Shown here piece after piece: positions 38,273 to 50,439 of a DNA stretch of 64,000 bases. The translations under genes were made by a program, and so were the position numbers. The first letter of the stretch is position 1; every line of letters starts with the position of its first letter. This DNA is from Ylistrum balloti (taxonomy: Eukaryota), in assembly GCF_031769215.1 (NCBI RefSeq), contig NW_026782404.1, positions 62,001-126,000 of the forward strand. The letters run 5' to 3'. The notes beneath the pieces are model-generated. The model was not told the origin of the DNA. It did not search any database and saw only the letters and a program-made list of their open reading frames with translations.

Positions 38273-41200
38273 ATGGAAAAAGACGCTTCTTCTCTAGCGT
38301 TTGGTCTGGTCGCAGCTTCAGCGGCTAAATTTCTGTTGTCGGCATGGATACGGAATAAAAGACTGGAGATGTTCGAGCAGATTGGTACGGTGACCGATGT
38401 GATTTATTACCCTGTAAAGTCTTGCCAAGGGATACCATTGGAATCGGGCACTCTCTGTCCTCTCGGAATCTACGCAAACGGAATGGCGGACAGGTGACTC
38501 GCGTGTAGCACACGTTGTTTTACTTTCGCTTTCGGATTCTGTATTGTACAGTGTATGGGTTTAATAATATAGTCACTCTTTGATGTTTCCTTCATGACGT
38601 ACAATATTCATACTATCCAGCTAGAGAAATGGACATAGTTACCAATAAATTGTAATAATTTCTATGATAATGCTCACCTGTGATACTGTTATCCTGCACA
38701 GGGAATTTTTATAATAATAAGTAATAATAATAATATACTGGATGCAGGCTTATTAAGCCTATATATCCAAATCAGAGTTAAAAGAATTAGTATCCCGGAT
38801 ATGGATCAGTGTGTTATTGTCTAGTTAATGATTTTAAACACATTCAATTTGCCTCCAATGTTTATCCAATCGGGATTCGAAAGTTTTGATTGTTGGTGGC
38901 GTTACAAAGGCATTAGGAAGTGAATTCCAGTGGTTTACCACCCGTTCACAGAAAGAATACTTCCTCAGATTTAGTCTGCTCCTTCTTTTTAATAATGGAA
39001 AACTGTGCCCTCTTGTTATTGTTTTGTATCAGGAAATCCTCCACATATGTGTCATACTGTCTAGAATATACATAGACTTGACAGCGGTATAAGGGAATTA
39101 GAATTGATTTGACAATGACTTGAAGGACTTGACAATAACATGGAGGACTTCACACGTATAGGACAATGATGTGGAGGACTTGACCTGGACGTAACAATGA
39201 CATAAAGGATTAAACAGGGATTTGACAATGACAAGGAAGACTAGACAGGGATTTGACAATGACAAGGAAGGCTAGACAGGGATTTGACAAGGAAGACTAG
39301 ACAGGTGTTTGACAATGACAAGGAAGACATGACAGGCATTTGACAAGGACAAGGAAGACTTGACAGGGATTTGACAATGACAAGGAAGACTTGACAGGGA
39401 TTTTACAATGACACGGATGAATTGACAGGCATTTGACAATGACAAGGTAGACTAGACAGGGATTTGACAATGACAAGGAAGACTTGACAGGCATTTGACA
39501 ATGACACGGAGGACTTGACAGGCATTTGACAATGACATGGAAGACTAGACAGGCAATTGACAATGACAAGGAAGACTTGACAGGCATTTGACAATGATAC
39601 GGAGGACTTGACAGGCATTTGACAATGACAAGGTAGACTAGACAGGCATTTGACAATGACAAGGTAGACTAGACAGGGATTTGACAATGACAAGGAAGAC
39701 TTGACAGAGATTGGACAATGACAAGGAAGACTTGACAGAGATTGGACAATGACATGGAGGACTTGACAATGATGTGGTCACAATGAATTTGAAGACGAAA
39801 GTTTCTAGTGTAAACCTTACAATAAAGTCAGTTATTGTATGTTTAATACTCTTGTGGCTATCATAGTACAACATAAGATGTTAAATTATAGTCAGCCAGA
39901 GAAAATCAACCAAAATGCTTCAATATACAGGAAAAACATCATCTACAGTCACCAGACGAAAAAATGTTTATTTACATATATTACATTTGCTGTTTCAGAA
40001 GCTGGATGTTTACTCGTCCTGATGGTTCATTCCTAAGTCAGCGCCAGTGTCCTAGGATGGCACTCATCAAAGTCAGCAGTCATGATGACTTCATCCATCT
40101 TGATGCCCCCAAGATGCCAACTTTAAAGTTACCAAAGTATCCAAAGGTTGACATGTTTAGAGTTTTTGAATGCAGGTACAAATTTCACTGATGGAGAATG
40201 ATTATAGTTAAAAAGATAAAAGGGATTTCAACGATTCGTGAAAATGATTGATAATGATTAGATCAGTTGTTAAACTAACCATTCACAGTATAGAGGATCT
40301 TATAGTAGTGTCAATGTAATATGGAATTTGTAAAAAAAAGTTAAATAATTTGATTGGTTAGGAGCCTTTAAGAGAATGATGTATCAAAGTGTTCAATAAG
40401 GTATAGGAAATAGAGCCAACATTGTTGATATATACTAAGATAGGTCAAGGTTATTCTTCAGCTGTATATCCAAATGTACCTAGAGTAGATCAGTACAGGG
40501 TAAACAATCACAACAGCTTCTGAGTCGTAATCTATTCAGAACCTATCAATCCGTTTCACCCTTTAGCAGGCTTCATCAAGTTTATCAAATTTATTTAATT
40601 CCGTATTTTAGCAGTATGAATGTAAGATACTGTATAGATCCCAGGATAGAGCCAAATCCATTACTGTGACCAGGGTTAGGTTGGTTTCTAATATCCTGTA
40701 CTTAAATGTTACCCAGTATATAGAGTGATTGGAGAGTAGGGACTTAGTAAGAGCAGTAGAAATCAATTAAAACAAGTTTGGTATAAGTTCGTTCTTATTT
40801 GTTAAGAGACATCCACTGGATTTTGTCAGAAATAAAACTTTTTCAGGACCCTTACCTTAGCTTTGTAGGGTGTCACCTACAGTTGTGTGGTGAACAAACT
40901 TTGTTGTGTAGTGTGTCCTCCTGACCTTTGTTCTTATGGTCTGCCCCTAACCTGTGTTATGTAGGATGTCTTCCTGACCTTTAGTTGTATATGGTGTCCT
41001 CCAAACTTTTGTTGTGTAGAAGCCGCTTTCTCTACACTTCGATGTGTCTAGTAGAATGTAATACCTAATTTTATGTGATGAATTATGAACAATGACATTT
41101 GACCTTTGTCTTAGAGCCATTGACCTTACAACACCTGTTTTGTAGGGTATGGGGCCTGCCAATACCAGGGATGGATTGTGGTGAAGAGGCAAACAAGTGG

Positions 41201-44200
41201 GCTTGTGACTTCCTTGGACAAGAAAACTTGCATATAGTTTTCTCAGCCCCAAATATGAAGAAGAAAATTATTTCTGATGAATGTCTGAATCCATGGACAG
41301 ACCTTGTTCGTCCTGAAGATCAGGTGGGATATTCAGACACAAATCACATTTCCAGATCAAATGTCAGCTTGTCAGCTTGATAATTTCTGCTGAGCACATA
41401 CATATATGATTCTATCCTATGGATAAAGTACCGGCTTAATATTCTATCTCTTTTTGGGATGGAGATTTAAATAACTGTACAGAGTTGTGGATATGTGTCT
41501 CATATCCAGGGATGAGAATTTGTCTTTTGGTTTATAAGCACGACATCAACAATTCATTCTGTAATTCAGTCTCATTTGAAAAAAAATATGACTGTGATTG
41601 TAAAAATTCATATAAATTTACAAAGATGGGAGTTAATATAAAACCATCAGTGGGAAAATAAACAGTAACTTGTAGAATATACAAAAAACAGTATTTTTTC
41701 TTTTCAAACAGAGCGTCTTTTCAGACTTAACTTCTTACCTGGTTACCACAAATAAATCTCTTGATGCTGTCAACGAACGTTTAGAAAAGCCTGTCTCCAT
41801 CAGGAACTTCAGACCAAATATTGTGATAGATACCACTCAGAAGGCATTTGATGAGGTAAAACAATTAATTTACAGGACCATAGATAGTTCACTTACAGAA
41901 ATCATAGACAGTTAACTTTCAGGACCATACACAGTTAACTTACAGGGACTATATACAGTTAACTTACTGGTACCGTAGACAGTTAACTTACAGGTATCAT
42001 AAACAGTTAACTTACAGGTACCATAGACACTCAACTTACAGGTACCATAGACAGTTAGCTTACAGGTACCATTAACAGTTAAATAATAGGTATCATAGAC
42101 AGTTAACTTATAGGTACCAAAGACCGTTAAATTACAGGTACCGTAGATAGTTAGCTTACAGGTACTATAGACAGTTAACTTACAGGTACCATAGACAGTT
42201 AGCTTACAGGGACCATATACAGTTAACTTACAGGTACCATAGACAGTTAACTTACAGGGACCATATACAGTTAACTTACAGGTACCATAGACAGTTAGCT
42301 TACAGGTACCATAGACAGTTAACTTACAGGTACCATAGAGATAATTATTGAGGACTTAAATACTTGTTAATATATTGTTTTCAGTGTATCCATTTTTTCT
42401 GTCTGAATGAGATTTTATCGGATCTGTTTTTTACCTAAAAATAATGGTTTGTGTTATACTCTATCTGTAACAGGATTTGTGGGGTGAGCTGCGGTTTGGG
42501 GACAATGTATTCATGAGGTGTTTGCATCCATGTCCTAGGTAAGATGTTCATCATTTAGCATTAACAGAAGGCAGATACAAATCAAGTAAGATTGTTTTGA
42601 CATTTATTGAACATCAATTTTAAACAAATACTGTCAAATCACTGCAACTGGCAAGTTGGTATATACTCTACACAAGTATTGCAGAACATGTAGACAGAAG
42701 GGGAGGGAGGGTGGAGGAGAATGTGAAGTCAGTTAATGTTGTTGTCATACAAGTACTACTTTGTCTGTGGTGCACATTTTGAAAATGTAATTTCAGCGTA
42801 AATTCCATCTATTGAAAGAAGTATCACAATTTCTGGATGACGTAAAAGATTTCAAAGGATAAAGAAGTTTGTTGAAACTAAGCTGTTAAGAATAGAGTAT
42901 AGTTACAAAGTTTCGGTTTAAGGAATTTTAGATTTCAAAGTTACAGCATGACAGATTTAATATATATAATGAGATGAGGTTTAGTCAGTTGTCTCCTGTT
43001 CTACAGGTGTATTCTGCCAACAGTTGATCCTGACACTGGAAAGAAAGATCCCTCCTTGGAACCATACAAAACACTGGAGAAGTAAGTTACTGCTGTTGTT
43101 ACCATAAACAGAAAAAACAAATGTTAATTGCAGTTAGATTAAACAATATTAATCAATAAATTCTACAATAATATGCATACTTACATTGCATATGAGATGA
43201 AAAAAGAAGCTTAGAGATTCTATCAATTCTTCTAACTGCACTTTTGATAAAGGGGAGCTTATTAACAGGTATGAGAATTTTGACAGATATACTGTAAATG
43301 TACTAAATTTGATACAATCAAATTGGTAGATTAAAGCAATGATGAATTAGTGCATCCATTTGGATTACTATGTAAATGACATTCAGAAATTGTAATAAGT
43401 GCAATCATGTTTTAGCACAATGTTTTTAGTGCAAGAGGCACTCAAATTAGTTTACTGTTAAAATATGTACATTTACAGTATTTTAAACAAATGTTATATA
43501 TAAACTTTCTTTATTTTACAACAATTGCGAAACAAGCATATATTAATCACTCTTGTTGGCCTGAATGGTGAAGCATTAGGGGGTTGGGGTCTTACTGTGG
43601 AAGGAAATCGAGTACTCAGGGGATAAAAACCCACATGGTTGAGCAGGTGATCCCATACCTTCTCACTTCCGTTTCAGGAATCAAACCATGATGGCGAGGT
43701 GAAAGGCATATGTGTTATCACTTTGAAACTCTGCTACATATACAGAATTTTTTTATAATTGACACATATGGTGACTTTCAGTCCATTTGATATAGTGCTG
43801 ATAATTCATTAGTATTACCCCAGGACCAGGACTCCAGACCAAAACTTCTTGGCTTATAAACTGAATGATAGGTTGCACTCATTATTTTGCATCAACAGAT
43901 ATTATTAACTTTGGAGTCTTCATGACCTGAACAGAAAATGCCTTGTGAAGCCTCAGATGGACATGGGTGGTGTTAAACATCAGGATTAATTTGAGTTCGG
44001 TTTTGAGGACAAAGTTTTTACACCTAGCTGGGGACTATTTTGATGTGTTAATCAAGTCAGTATCTAACCATTACTGTTGTGTTGCAGATTCCGATGTAAA
44101 CCTGGTTGTGGCGAAGCTCCTTTCTTCGGGATCAACGCTGCTGTAGATTTTCCAGCTGATATTCATGTTGGAGATCCTGTGTATGCCAGGAACAGAACAA

Positions 44201-44205
44201 ACTAG
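38273..44205 (+). CDS. MTARC: Mitochondrial amidoxime-reducing component (mARC, MOSC_N + MOSC domains), 325 aa, 7 exons
   Basis: Exons 38273-38493, 39999-40175, 41146-41323, 41712-41855, 42474-42538, 43007-43081, 44088-44205 (978 nt, phases consistent). N-terminal hydrophobic anchor, YPVKSCQG, DRSWM, QRQCPRMALI, NFRPNIV, Moco-ligating motif PCPRCILPTVDPDTG, and PFFGIN. Paralog number cannot be assigned. Confidence 0.92.
38835..39100 (-). mobile_element. CR1-type LINE 3' end fragment in mARC intron 1
   Basis: Reverse strand translates as TRGHSFPLLKRRSRLNLRKYSFCERVVNHWNSLPNAFVTPPTIKTFESRLDKHW, the typical CR1/L2-group ORF2 C-terminus. Confidence 0.8.
39100..39775. repeat. 31-bp minisatellite (~20 copies) in mARC intron 1
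   Basis: Unit TGACAATGACAAGGAAGACTTGACAGGCATT. It produces the spurious ORFs 39297-39693. Confidence 0.93.
40400..40860 (-). mobile_element. Highly decayed LINE reverse transcriptase remnant
   Basis: Reverse-strand fragments GSILGSIQYLTFI (cf. QGSILGP.LF) and HLDIQLKNNLDLS*YIST (cf. YLG..LD..L.W..HI). Confidence 0.4.
41871..42338. repeat. 24-bp minisatellite (~19 copies) starting ~15 nt after the mARC exon 4 donor
   Basis: Unit ACTTACAGGTACCATAGACAGTTA. Confidence 0.95.
43545..43720 (-). mobile_element. Degenerate SINE with a V-domain-like core in mARC intron 6
   Basis: Reverse strand has a B-box-like GGTTTGATTCC, then GTGGGTTTTTATCCCCTGAGTACTCGATTTCCTTCCACAG, resembling the V-SINE core GTGGGTTTTCTCCGGGTACTCCGGTTTCCTCCCAC. 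Confidence 0.55.
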
Positions 44206-44557
44206 TTAATAATGTCGTAAACTTTACAAAATCCTTGGTGATTCAATATTTTAGAACATCATAGGCAAGTCTTTCCAATTTAACACCCAGCAATGACTTT
44301 AGGAGGAATGATGCTGGAGTTGTTTTGTTTATATGAGGATGTAGTCTAGTCCAGAGAACTTAAGTTTTCATTTTTTTCAAACTTAAGTGGCCTCTTTTAC
44401 AAAGTTTATTAAGCCTACTGCTTTGATATGAACTCCACAGATAGGATTTACATGCTACATGAAGTTGTACTTATTTTTAATGCAGGTATTAAATTGAAGT
44501 TATATCCCTTCGTTTAAATCCTCACTAAGTTATTGACTTATGATTTCATATCATTAT

Positions 44558-45440
44558 AAACGATATTTAGAGCCAACACCGTTGTGAAGTCAACTCCCGG
44601 AGGTCAGTACAGCTTTCGGGATTGAATGGGAGGAGTGTCATGACTAGTTTGGATTAGAACTGACTAAATTATTACAGAATTATTGGTCAGAACGTATTAC
44701 TGCATTAGCTACTGAAATTGCTACAGCTATGGGAACTAAAATGGCACCTAATTATGCTATAATTTTTATGGATTTTGTTGAACGCCGATTTCTATCCTCG
44801 CAAGGACTAATACCATTAGTATGGTGGAGGTACATCGATGATATTTTTTTCATCTGGCCACACTCCCGAGAGGCACTATCCTCATTCCGTGAGGCCATGA
44901 ACACGTTTCATAGAACTATTAAGTTTACTTTTGAAGTAAGTGAGTTTGAAGTGAATTTCTTGGATACTACTATCTATAAACTTCCTGACGGGAAGTTGGG
45001 GAGTAAATGGTTCAACAAACCAACTAAGGCAGAGTCTGTCTCGACTGTATGCCTTGATGAACATTAACTTTTTACACTTGAACTATTTCAATCATTAATT
45101 TTGTTAATTGATTATTTCATGTATTAGTTTCACTTATGGTTTTCATTTCATAGCTTAACCGTGAAGGACTACTTATGATTCAATGGACATTAATTATTAG
45201 TGAGTTATCGTACTTAGCACTGTTTACTGTATACAATCTATATTGAGGGTTATCGTTCTTTAAATATTACGTCACAGTTAAAATGTAAATTTGCCCGCCC
45301 TAGAAGTACTTTAGGTGTCAAAATTTGATGGTAAAATTGTCCTGATGAAGCCCGGCTTGTAGGGCGAAACCGGTAGACGAACTACCTTAATAAAAATTGA
45401 AGAACCCGCCTGGAGTCTGTTGGATTGATCCATATATACC
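44558..45440 (+). mobile_element. Internally deleted Penelope-like element (RT fragment + 3' pLTR-like region with hammerhead ribozyme)
   Basis: ORF 44729-45067: (TA)MGTKMAPNYAIIFM, WWRYIDDIFFIW, IKFTFE, VNFLDTTIY, KPT are PLE-type RT motifs. Hammerhead at 45337-45380 and AATAAA at 45389. Confidence 0.85.
45337..45380 (+). ncRNA. Minimal type I hammerhead ribozyme
   Basis: TTGTC-CTGATGA-A-GCCC-GGCTTGTA-GGGC-GAAA-CCG-GTA-GACGA. Stem I TTGTC/GACGA, core CUGAUGA and GAAA, stem II GCCC/GGGC, palindromic ACCGGT in place of stem III, GUA cleavage triplet. Confidence 0.85.
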
Positions 45441-45620
45441 TTCATATCATTATGTTGCAATCAATCAATATTAACGTGATAGCCCTTCGTTTAAATCCTC
45501 ACTAAGTTATTGACTTATGATTTCATATCATTATGTTGCAATCAATCAATATTAATGTGATAGCCCTTCGTTTAAATCTTCACTAAGTCATTGACTTATG
45601 ATTTCATATCATTATGTTGC
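45441..45620. repeat. 81-bp tandem duplication (~2.2 copies) with a partial copy at 44506-44557
   Basis: TTCATATCATTAT at 45441, 45522 and 45603. CCCTTCGTTTAAATCCTCACTAAG...TCATTAT also lies immediately left of the PLE. Confidence 0.88.
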
Positions 45621-46351
45621 AAACAATGCATTTTTAACATTGATCTGACTTTAATAAAACTTGCTACTATGTTTTATGGTAGAATGGAAGTTATTTTGTC
45701 TGATAATGTGTATTGTTCTAGCTTTATTTTTTATTTGTTGTTGCTTTATTTGAGATTGTGTTCAGTTGTCTATGAATGAACTAATCATATAGAAAGAAAG
45801 ACATTTCATCCACATGCTTTTACTTATGCAAGGATTTTGTTAATATTTGTGTTTGATTTCTCTTTGTTGTACTATTTAATTACATAGAGTTCAATAAGAA
45901 ATGTGTGTTATTGTTTAGGTACATGAAACAGTCACAGAAACGACATTGCACCTTAGATTGTGTAAAGAAATAATGGTTTTGTTTACTATTTCAAATTTTA
46001 AAAAATCTTTAAAAATTGTGGAGCAGTAATATACTGTATTCAAAGTATTGATATTATCATTGACCAATCAGGGATTGCCTGAATTTTACAGCAGGAAACT
46101 CTATATTTAAGGTGCTAATATTTTGTACATCTTTGTAAACTTGTCAAATATAGAAATAAGTGTATTTATGTCAATTTGCCAAAAAAAAAAAAAAAAAATT
46201 GTATGTATATATATAAAACTACACCATTTAGCTATGGTTCTAGTACACTCCGATTGGTTTAATCTATGGATTTTGTTTGGTCTACTTGTGACTGGTAAAG
46301 TGTTTTGGCTTTGATATATTGGTCATTAGTAAAATCTGTGGGCTCTGACAT

Positions 46352-46885
46352 TTCGGAGACTGGTAAGATCTATGGGCATTGTTTGATATATCGGAGACTG
46401 GTAAGATCTATGGGCATTGTTTGATATATCGGAGACTGGTAAGATCTATGGGCATTGTTTGATATATCGGAGACTGGTAAGATCTATGGGCATTGTTTGA
46501 TATATCGGAGACTGGTAAGATCAAAGGGCTTGTTTGATATATCGGAGACTGGTAAGATCAAAGGGCTTGTTTGATATATCGGAGACTGGTAAGATCTATG
46601 GGCATTGTTTGATATATCGGAGACTGGTAAGATCTATGGACTTGTTTGATATATCGGAGACTGGTAAGATCAAAGGGCTTGTTTGATATATGGAGACTGG
46701 CATTGTTTGATATATGGAGACTGGTAAGATCAAAGGGCTTGTTTGATATATCGGAGACTGGTAAGATCTATGGGCATTGTTTGATATATCGGAGACTGGT
46801 AAGATCAAAGGGCTTGTTTGATATATCGGAGACTGGTAAGATCAAAGGGCTTGTTTGATATATGGAGACTGGCATTGTTTGATAT
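46352..46885. repeat. 38-bp minisatellite (~14 copies), intergenic
   Basis: Unit TCGGAGACTGGTAAGATCTATGGGCATTGTTTGATATA with a TCAAAGGGCT variant. It explains ORFs 46596-46858. Confidence 0.95.
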
Positions 46886-49554
46886 GCATTATCTTTCAAA
46901 ATACAACTTGCAGTGTTGTTATAAAGAAAATATTTTTTAATTGGATAATCTTTAATATAAATGGATAATTATATTGTTGATACTGTATGATTTTTATCAC
47001 TGTAATGTTTTCATAAGTATTTCTAATCTTAACATTTACCATGCAGATATTTCAAATAAATATATTTAAAAAATTCGGCACATTAATTTCATTTTATCAT
47101 TTCATCATGCCAGATGTAGTCCTGGTATCTCTTAATCTTTCTTGGGTAAAGATCTGATTTGTCATTTGACCAGGAATAATTTTCATCAGAGGGGAACATT
47201 TTCATTTCAATGTTATGGGGAGATTCATTTCTCCACAGTGATCTTGGAACATACAAACTACATACATGTAGATTGTGTACAGGCACCATGGAAACACAGT
47301 TGCAATATGAACTTGAATTTTGTTCCATACCATGTTCTGATCAATATTGTATCAAACATAAATATCAGGACCACACCTATTAGGTTTCATTATGCCCTTT
47401 ATTCAGTGCATTAAATCTCAAGTCAATGACTAAGCTTAACACTTCTGAAACTAAACTGAAAGCTGCAGACCTCTGTACCAATAGCACAACATACAGAGGG
47501 CATTATGGACCGATACCACAAGTCTTGTTGTGGTAAGCATATTAAAATCATAATGAGAGAAGAGAAAATTTTAAGTAATTTCTTTTACTTATTAAAGAAT
47601 CAATCTTTAACTATTTCTGTTTTAGTTTTCAAAAAACGTTTGAACTTATGGATCATTAATTTGTTAAATTCAAAAGTATACATTGATTAATGCATAGTCA
47701 ACCATTAAATGAAGTTTTCAGTCATAACATATAATGATGAATAGAAAACATGCATACAATTTCTTGCTTTTAACCATCAAGTACAACAATCTCACTTTAT
47801 AACCATTCCATGATGGTTGTCATACATGGTTAAAAACTATGGTTTTCAGAAGCATATAATGAACCCTTCCTCTCAACAAAATCAACATTAACAAATATGA
47901 ATTATCTATCAGGTTCAACAAATTCAGTTTTTACTTACATCAATAACCACTTCTGTTCAATAAGGTAAACATGACCATGTTGCATTTCCCCAGTATGTGT
48001 GTTTAAAATGAAAGATAGATACCAGTTTCTGCAATATTTCCATTATAACAATGTCATTTTGGTATTTTATCTATTTTGTATTTGAAATCAATTCTTAACA
48101 TTTTTTATCAGCAGAATCACAATTAGGAACATAAGAGCTCAAATATATAATAAAATAGTAATAACAAATTTGCTATTTTTCAGTAATATCTTTCCTTTTC
48201 ATTTTTTTCTAATTTTGACAGATCAAAATCTGTTGGAAATTTTTATGAAGTCTATTTTGAGAAAACATAAGTATAAAATACTGGATGTTCATCAACTACA
48301 ATGCAATAATAAAGGAACAGAAAACACTGTGGTGTACACATTCAAGTTCACAAAATCAGTCATAAGGATTCATACAAAACAGAAGAAAAAAAAACATTGT
48401 CTCTGAACAATGACATTGGTCCTGGCAAGAACCATTCTGGTTTATATCAAAAGCTACACTGCCCCGTCATCCAATCGAAATGATAGCAACATTAAAGATA
48501 ATAATACAGTATACAGATAGTTACATGAATCATACATTCTAGAATCTATCTGGTCTTTACATTTCATAAACACAAGATCTCCCACCATCTAGCCATGATT
48601 ACTACCGAGAAACGCATCTATAACCATCTTCACAAATGATGTGCATGATCGTCATGGAGAGAAGTAGATATTTGTGACTTTGATCTTTCATACTGACTAT
48701 GCATTCAATTTTGGAATAATTTGCCAAGGTCTTTCCAACTTCTATGACCTTATCTACCATATCTTGAAGTGTTCATAAATGGAGCTTTAAGTTGCATATC
48801 TATCATCCTCAGAAACCTATTAAGGAAACTGAGACACCACCGACGTCTAAAGAAAAAATATAGCACAAGTTACAAATGTTGTGGTGGAGTATGAAGTAGA
48901 CACAATGGACGAAAAAAGAAGATACCTTTAAAGTATTTAATTTTATTTAGACAAGTTTAGTTACAACAACAGCAAAAGAGGTATAGAGGGCTAGTCCAGG
49001 TAGGAGGCTAGAACCTCTAATTTCTCAATCTCAAAGATACTCCAGATAAAATTTCATCAAAATCCCTATATCTCAACAGAAGAAAGATTTGTGAAAGATA
49101 TGCAAGTAGACAGCTCCTGCTATCAGGCCCTGCCCCAAGCTTCCAGGTGGTGTCAGACCACTGTTTTGACCAGACAGGCATTTCAGTTAGGTTTACAGAC
49201 AGACAGGATTCTATGGCATAAAACTCACAGGGTCTTTAGACCAGGTTTACATTTGGTCCTTTCAACACAACTTAAAAATGTCTATTTATCTCCCTGAGTT
49301 TACAAGAGGACTACTGTTTCTTTATACCAAAAGACCATCATACTTTCTTCTTTTGTAGCAACAATAAATAGCCATTTCATTTCACTTTGAACATTGCCAA
49401 AGGGGATGATGAAAAAACAGAGTGAAATGGGACATCTAATTTCTATTAATGTCTGTACAACAGAACCAGATTATAGCCACATATTAATTTATCAAAACCA
49501 GGAAACAAAAAGTCAAATCAGGACTATCTACATATGTTCTTCTGATCCAATGAA

Positions 49555-49937
49555 TTAAACACTTGATAAATCAACAGATGTCATTACTACAACAGGACCA
49601 ACAGTTGTCTCCATTGTTACCGTACCAACAGATGTCACTGATACAACTGAGCCAACAGTTGTGTCCATTGTTACTGTATCAACAAATGTCACTACTACTA
49701 CGGGACCAACAGCTGTCTTAGCTGTTACTGTAACAACAGATGTCACTGCTGGAACAGGACCAACAGTTGTACGAGTTGATACTGTACCAACAAATGTCAC
49801 TACTAAAACAGGGCCAACAGTTGTCTCCATTGTTACTCTATGGACAGATGTCACTGACACAACTGGACCAACAGTTGTTTGTGTTTTAACTCTACCAACA
49901 AATGTCTTCTCATTTTTCCTTTTAAAAGAAGTGATGT
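49555..49937 (-). CDS. Candidate exon encoding an 18-aa Val/Thr-rich tandem repeat (54-bp unit, ~6 copies)
   Basis: Open frame ITSFKRKNEKTFVGRVKTQTTVGPVVS(VTSVGTVTMETTVGPVVV)n...DLSSV*. Poly-T + AAG/CAG acceptor at 49941/49938. Variation keeps the 54-bp period without stops. Its link to the upstream ZnF exon is inferred only. Confidence 0.4.
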
Positions 49938-50439
49938 CTGCTTTGTAAAAAAAAAACCTTTTCTCGTATATACAAATGTACCATTATCTTTATCTATTGT
50001 ATTCGGCTTTAGTTAACAGTGTACTGTTTGTATCTGAAATAAAAGATCAAAGGCCTGACGACAAACATACCAATTCTGACTTCATTTTAAGAGGCTGGTT
50101 TATTGTAGGACAATGAAAATGCATTAGTATTGTTTTTATATATGAATACTTAAAACAATACAAGAAGCTAGGTTCCTTAATTCTATTTTTTTAATTGCTG
50201 AATGTTTTTGTCATATAGACTTCAAACTGAATCTCTTCATTTACATATCTATAGCCATTATAGGTTAACTTAGTTCCAGGCATGGCTTTTGCCAGATAAA
50301 TATGGTACTGAATGCGGACTCTGAATTTGTTATAACTACACCATATCTCCATCAGTTTATTTGGAATTGAAATTTAAAAAGTCTAGATATCTGAAGTGAA
50401 GACTGTTTTCATATATCTAGGTTTCTCTAAAACACACAC

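Noticed and set aside
39297-39874. Cys/Val/Ser-rich repeat ORFs
   Set aside because: Translations of the 31-bp intronic minisatellite.
46596-46858. Repeat ORFs on both strands
   Set aside because: Translations of the 38-bp minisatellite.
47089-49297. Scattered 60-90 aa ORFs between mARC and the ZnF gene
   Set aside because: No motifs or consistent splice framework; probably UTR or intergenic.
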